Source: a virus (Duplodnaviria; Caudoviricetes). Taken from it: DNA of 38,623 bases. The position numbers were made by a program, and so were the translations under genes. Each line of letters opens with the position of its first letter. Positions within the stretch are counted from its first letter, which is position 1. This document shows, piece after piece, positions 34,724-38,623 of this stretch. The notes under the pieces were generated by a model. The model had not been told where the DNA came from. It was given only the letters and a program-made list of their open reading frames with translations, and ran no database searches. Location of the stretch: IMG/VR virus record IMGVR_UViG_3300001726_000074, positions 1 through 38,623 of that record; one strand, given 5' to 3'.

Positions 34724-35191
34724 ATGTCAGGCAGTTTGAACAAAGTCATCATCGTTGGGAATTTGGGCCAGGACCCCGATGTTCGCTCAATGCAGAACGG
34801 GGACAAGGTAGCCAGCCTCTCCGTCGCCACGTCGGAATCTTGGAAAGATCAATCCGGGCAAAAGCAGGAGCGCACCGAATGGCACCGTGTCGTGATTTTC
34901 GGCAAGGTCGCTGAGGTTGCAGAGCGCTATCTCAAGAAGGGCTCCAAGGTTCTGATCGAAGGCCAGTTGCAGACCCGCAAATGGGAGAAGGACGGCAAGA
35001 CGAACTACACGACTGAAATCGTGGTGCGCGGTTTTAGCGGCAATATGACCATGCTGGATACACGCGAAGGATCGGGCGGCGGTGAGTCCCGAGGCGATAC
35101 CTACGACAGCGACCGTGGATATACCGACAAGGGCGGCAATTCTGGTGGGCGCGATTATAGCGCAGATTTGGACGACGAGATTCAATTTTAG
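34724..35191 (+). CDS. ssb: Single-stranded DNA-binding protein
   Basis: [22 protein letters not shown], acidic DLDDEIQF tail. Confidence 0.96.
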   Translation: MSGSLNKVIIVGNLGQDPDVRSMQNGDKVASLSVATSESWKDQSGQKQERTEWHRVVIFGKVAEVAERYLKKGSKVLIEGQLQTRKWEKDGKTNYTTEIVVRGFSGNMTMLDTREGSGGGESRGDTYDSDRGYTDKGGNSGGRDYSADLDDEIQF

Positions 35192-35234
35192 GGTGCAATT
35201 TCAACGCTTTATGTGCTATAATCTAGCATGAAAT

Positions 35235-35726
35235 GTGAAGGGAAACAAGGGGATGACCGTATATCGTAGGTGCAGGTTTTGCGACCTTAACGATGGGTGC
35301 GCTCACAAGGATATGTTGCGCAAGGCATTGGCTGGCTTGAATGTCACTTCCGTTTTGCACACCTGCTCGAAATTTACGCCGGTTTACACTCCCGGAGAGG
35401 CAATTATTTATGATGCCGTGATAGCCGGTGGCGCTGACGAGTTTGGCCTTCCATACGAATATGAGTTTTCTGGGCACTTCGTTAAACAGACCGGTGTGCG
35501 TGCTCTTATATACATAGAGCCAAACAAGATGGATCGGTTTGGGGAAGCTGAGTTTCCTGCCCGATCAGAAGGATATTGCAAGGTTTCCTTTTCTCGCATC
35601 CGCAAAGACCAAGACGGCACATCAATAGATATTTGTGATCTGTGTGGTGTGCCATCCGTAAGCTGCTTCGAGTATTGCTCGGATATACGCTGCGAGACCA
35701 GACAAACATCCCAAGCAAAGGACTAA
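35235..35726 (+). CDS. Cys-rich hypothetical protein
   Basis: CRFC and CDLC motifs; ATG start likely at 35253. Confidence 0.6.
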   Translation: MKGNKGMTVYRRCRFCDLNDGCAHKDMLRKALAGLNVTSVLHTCSKFTPVYTPGEAIIYDAVIAGGADEFGLPYEYEFSGHFVKQTGVRALIYIEPNKMDRFGEAEFPARSEGYCKVSFSRIRKDQDGTSIDICDLCGVPSVSCFEYCSDIRCETRQTSQAKD

Positions 35727-35730
35727 CCCC

Positions 35731-35889
35731 ATGCAGATAAAGACATATCACGAAAGGCCCCCGATCCCGACGCGAACTTTTGATTGGGTCGCACTAGACG
35801 ACAACCTTGGAGAAGATTCCCCCGTTGGGCATGGCGCAACGGAACAAGAGGCTATTGCTGATCTTCTAGGGCAAATCGAGAAGGACTAG
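35731..35889 (+). CDS. Small hypothetical protein
   Basis: 52 aa, PPIPTRTFDW...GHGATEQEAIADL; AAGGA RBS. Confidence 0.6.
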   Translation: MQIKTYHERPPIPTRTFDWVALDDNLGEDSPVGHGATEQEAIADLLGQIEKD

Positions 35890-35892
35890 CCC

Positions 35893-36012
35893 ATGCTGTA
35901 CATCGCATGCTTCCTCGCTGGCTTCATCACCTTCCCGATAATCGGTTGGGTCGTGCTGTGGTGTCTGTTTGCCGATGTGGATTACTTCTTCGATGAGGAG
36001 CGCGACCTGTGA
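35893..36012 (+). CDS. Small single-TM protein
   Basis: 39 aa, hydrophobic N-terminus and acidic tail; AAGGA RBS. Confidence 0.5.
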   Translation: MLYIACFLAGFITFPIIGWVVLWCLFADVDYFFDEERDL

Positions 36013-36419
36013 CCGGGCAGACCATCATCCTAAGCACACCACGCCAGCGCCAATTGGCTCACGGGCTGATAGAGCGCGCGCCGCTTGGGGTGGTCGTCAC
36101 AATCAAAGAGGCCAGCCGCACGCCGGATCAAAATGCCAGGATGTGGGCCATGCTGTCGGATATCTCCAGAGCCAAGCCAGAGGGCCGTGTGTGGCCTACG
36201 GAAGTATGGAAGGCCGGGTTTATGTCTATGCTCGAGCATGAATATTTATGGCAGCCAGGACTAGACGGAGGAATGTCCTTTCCTGCTGGCTTTCGGTCGT
36301 CGCGCCTCAACAAGGCACAGATGGCGGATTTAATCACGTGTATTCAGGAATACGGAGACCGGCACGGCGTTACGTGGTCGGATTCGTCCGGCAATTGCAC
36401 AGAGAAGGATCAGGCATGA
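36009..36419 (+). CDS. ninB: NinB/Orf-family recombination protein
   Basis: RTPDQNARMWAMLSDISR, RSSRLNKAQMADLITCIQEYG. Confidence 0.85.
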   Translation: MTGQTIILSTPRQRQLAHGLIERAPLGVVVTIKEASRTPDQNARMWAMLSDISRAKPEGRVWPTEVWKAGFMSMLEHEYLWQPGLDGGMSFPAGFRSSRLNKAQMADLITCIQEYGDRHGVTWSDSSGNCTEKDQA

Positions 36420-37165
36420 GTAGGGTTGTTTCATGGTTCTCTTGTGGTGCCGCGAGCGCGGTTGCAACAATGCTCTCAAAGCCAGACGTCATCGCCTACT
36501 GCGACACAGGCGCAGAGCATGAAGATAACTCGCGCTTTATGGCCGACTGCGAAAAGTGGTTTGGTCAATCGGTCACAATTTTAAAGAACCCAGATTATAA
36601 AGATACTTGGGATGTCTTTGAAAAGAGACGGTTCCTATCTGGCATTGATGGAGCGCCTTGCACCGGTGAATTGAAGATTGCGCCGCGCCTGGAGTTTCAG
36701 CGGCCCGACGACATCCATGTTTTTGGGTATACAGCAGATGGACGTGACGTTAAGCGCGCCGAAGCCATGCGCGAACATTGGCCAGAGTTGACGGTTGTTA
36801 CACCTCTGATTGAGCGCGGGATTACCAAAGCGGCTTGCTTGGCAATGATCCAAAGTGCGGGGCTGAAAGAGCCTGTTACCTATGCGATGGGGTTTCCGAA
36901 CGCCAATTGCATCCCCTGCGTTAAGGCTACTAGCCCGGATTACTGGTCTTTAGTCCGAAAGGAGTTCCCCGGCCAGTTTGCGCGCATGGTGGAATTGTCG
37001 CGCCGCCTCAATGTGCGCCTCACGCGAATCAATAGCGAGCGCATCTTTATCGATGAAATACCAGCCGACTGGCCGACGACCAATCCAATCGCGCCTGAGT
37101 GCGATTTCCTTTGCCATTTGGCTGAACAAGATATGTCCGTCAACAGTGCGGAAGGAAAAGAATGA
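36416..37165 (+). CDS. PAPS-reductase-like adenine nucleotide alpha-hydrolase
   Basis: VVSWFSCGAASA PP-loop variant, APCTGELK, YAMGFPNANCIPCVK. Confidence 0.75.
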   Translation: MSRVVSWFSCGAASAVATMLSKPDVIAYCDTGAEHEDNSRFMADCEKWFGQSVTILKNPDYKDTWDVFEKRRFLSGIDGAPCTGELKIAPRLEFQRPDDIHVFGYTADGRDVKRAEAMREHWPELTVVTPLIERGITKAACLAMIQSAGLKEPVTYAMGFPNANCIPCVKATSPDYWSLVRKEFPGQFARMVELSRRLNVRLTRINSERIFIDEIPADWPTTNPIAPECDFLCHLAEQDMSVNSAEGKE

Positions 37166-37515
37166 TGGGGAATGTTGCTTCAAAGTATGATGTTCGCTTT
37201 GTCGCCGATGTGGACGGTGAGGTGTCGGAGATGAAGTTCACCGCGCTCGATCCAGAAGACGTGAAGGGTCTCGTGAGCGCCCTAGCCGCATACTATTCTG
37301 GCGACCCTTGCCGGTGTTTCATTAACGGTCAAGAGGCGGTCCTAGAAAACGATTGGGGCCTCGCGGAACTGTCCCCCAACAGTGCATCGGACCAGAATGA
37401 ACCCTCTATTTGTCCAAACTGCGATACACCTGTTCCGCCTGGATGCGGCGGGCTGTTTGTCGAAGATGGGTCCGTCTGCATCATGTCGTCCGACAAATGC
37501 ACGGAAGAAAAATGA
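37162..37515 (+). CDS. Hypothetical protein with a C-terminal Cys cluster
   Basis: 117 aa, CPNC...C...C. Confidence 0.55.
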   Translation: MMGNVASKYDVRFVADVDGEVSEMKFTALDPEDVKGLVSALAAYYSGDPCRCFINGQEAVLENDWGLAELSPNSASDQNEPSICPNCDTPVPPGCGGLFVEDGSVCIMSSDKCTEEK

Positions 37516-38168
37516 ACATGGTCGCGGCTCTCTTTGTCCAGACAAACGGTTGCTATTTCGGCCTGCCGAATGTGGACCCGTGGGATGAACAGCGAGACGC
37601 TCGGCTGTACGACGGTCCCTACCCGGTTGTCGCGCATCCGCCATGCCAAAGATGGGGCAAGTTATGGGCCGGTCAGCCTCTGCACATCAAACGCACCGGA
37701 CAGCGCAAGAAAAAGGGTGATGATGCTGGATGCTTCGAGGCAGCGCTCGCCTCTGTAAGAAAATGGGGTGGAGTGATCGAGCACCCGGATCAATCTCACG
37801 CATGGAGCCATTTCGGGCTGAACAGGCCACCCCGCGAAGGGCGCTGGATTACGGCGGATTTTTACGGCGGATGGACCTGTTGTGTAGAACAAGGGCGCTA
37901 CGGTCACTATGCGCGAAAGCCAACATGGCTGCTGGCCTACCACGTTGATCTGCCTGATCTGGATTGGGGCAAAGGCCCGCCCAGGCTGGACCCAGCCATG
38001 ATTGAACGCATGGGGTTGGCCAGGGCTAAACGCCTTGGAGAGGTTGGCGCGCGGGGCGGCGGAAGGGACAGCACGCCCCGAATAGGAACGCCAAAGCGGT
38101 TTCAGGATTTGCTGATTTCGATAGCAGTAACCGCGTCCGTTGAACGCACAGGAGGCGATGGTGATTAG
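37512..38168 (+). CDS. C5-cytosine methyltransferase-like protein (atypical)
   Basis: VAHPPCQ catalytic-type motif, IEHP, Q..YGH.ARKPTWL; no FxGxG SAM motif seen. Confidence 0.6.
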   Translation: MNMVAALFVQTNGCYFGLPNVDPWDEQRDARLYDGPYPVVAHPPCQRWGKLWAGQPLHIKRTGQRKKKGDDAGCFEAALASVRKWGGVIEHPDQSHAWSHFGLNRPPREGRWITADFYGGWTCCVEQGRYGHYARKPTWLLAYHVDLPDLDWGKGPPRLDPAMIERMGLARAKRLGEVGARGGGRDSTPRIGTPKRFQDLLISIAVTASVERTGGDGD

Positions 38169-38442
38169 ACGTTGGCTAAATCAGATAAAGCAGGACCGTC
38201 GAGACGCGGAGAGATACCGCAGGCTTCGAATTATGATGAGTGACGCCCACCGTTGGCTTGGTGGCTACGATTTAGCCCAAGCAGAGGCTGTCATTGAATG
38301 GCTTCAACAGGGTGATGATTATCACTTCGGGGTTCCGATCCTAACATCAAAAAGCAAGCCAAGGTGGTCGCAGGACATCAGCATCTTTCGTGATGAACTG
38401 CGGAAAATCTACCCCAATCGTATGGAAAACAGCGATGGATAA
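38158..38442 (+). CDS. Hypothetical protein
   Basis: DAERYRRLR motif; GGAGG RBS. Confidence 0.6.
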   Translation: MVIRRWLNQIKQDRRDAERYRRLRIMMSDAHRWLGGYDLAQAEAVIEWLQQGDDYHFGVPILTSKSKPRWSQDISIFRDELRKIYPNRMENSDG

Positions 38443-38623
38443 GCCGCATTATATCAGCGTCGATATGGCGTCAGGACCGGATCACTCCGTCAAATTTATC
38501 TACCGTCCAGGTCTTGGAAACAGTGTGGTTTGTGAACCTGTGACCGATCTGAATGTGATCGATACGATCACCGAAGCAAAACGCCCCGGCGCTATGCCAG
38601 GGCAGAAACGTGTGGAGAATTGA
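38435..38623 (+). CDS. Small hypothetical protein
   Basis: MDKPHY... ORF ending at the last base of the window. Confidence 0.5.
   Translation: MDKPHYISVDMASGPDHSVKFIYRPGLGNSVVCEPVTDLNVIDTITEAKRPGAMPGQKRVEN

Noticed and set aside
37754-37771. Self-target of guide TCGCAGAAA/CATCCCCAT (AGAAAATGGGG, 11 contiguous nt)
   Set aside because: Only 13/18 identity, compatible with chance in a genome of this size. No perfect self-target was found by eye, but an exhaustive search was not possible.

Overview
The window looks like an essentially complete ~38.6 kb temperate phage genome, probably circularly permuted. It has a podovirus-type (short tail, ejection-protein) virion module and lambdoid regulation, and the host is most likely an alphaproteobacterium (inference from gene content). 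The minus strand from 29780 down to 991 carries cro, cII, an accessory island, NinG, replication initiator, DnaB, a Q-like regulator, tRNA-Pro, an HlyC-like acyltransferase, terminases, portal, scaffold, capsid, a DUF115-like protein, tail and ejection proteins, tail fibres, holin, SAR endolysin and spanins. The plus strand from 29868 to 38623, apparently continuing into 1-837, carries cI and the early recombination/accessory operon (Sak/Rad52, SSB, NinB, PAPS-reductase-like, C5-MTase-like). The main finding is an RNA-guided TIGR-Tas-type locus between cII and the replication genes. It consists of a nuclease-less IS110/Nop-domain protein (TasA-like, 27282-28100), preceded by three stem-loop guide units at an exact 64-nt period (core GCCCA-N9-TGAAAGCCA-N9-TGGC, 36 nt). 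A fourth guide unit is embedded in the 3' end of the tas coding sequence. No integrase or partition gene was recognised, although an att-like AT-rich site lies at 841-980. All protein calls are by motif recognition; no database searches were run.
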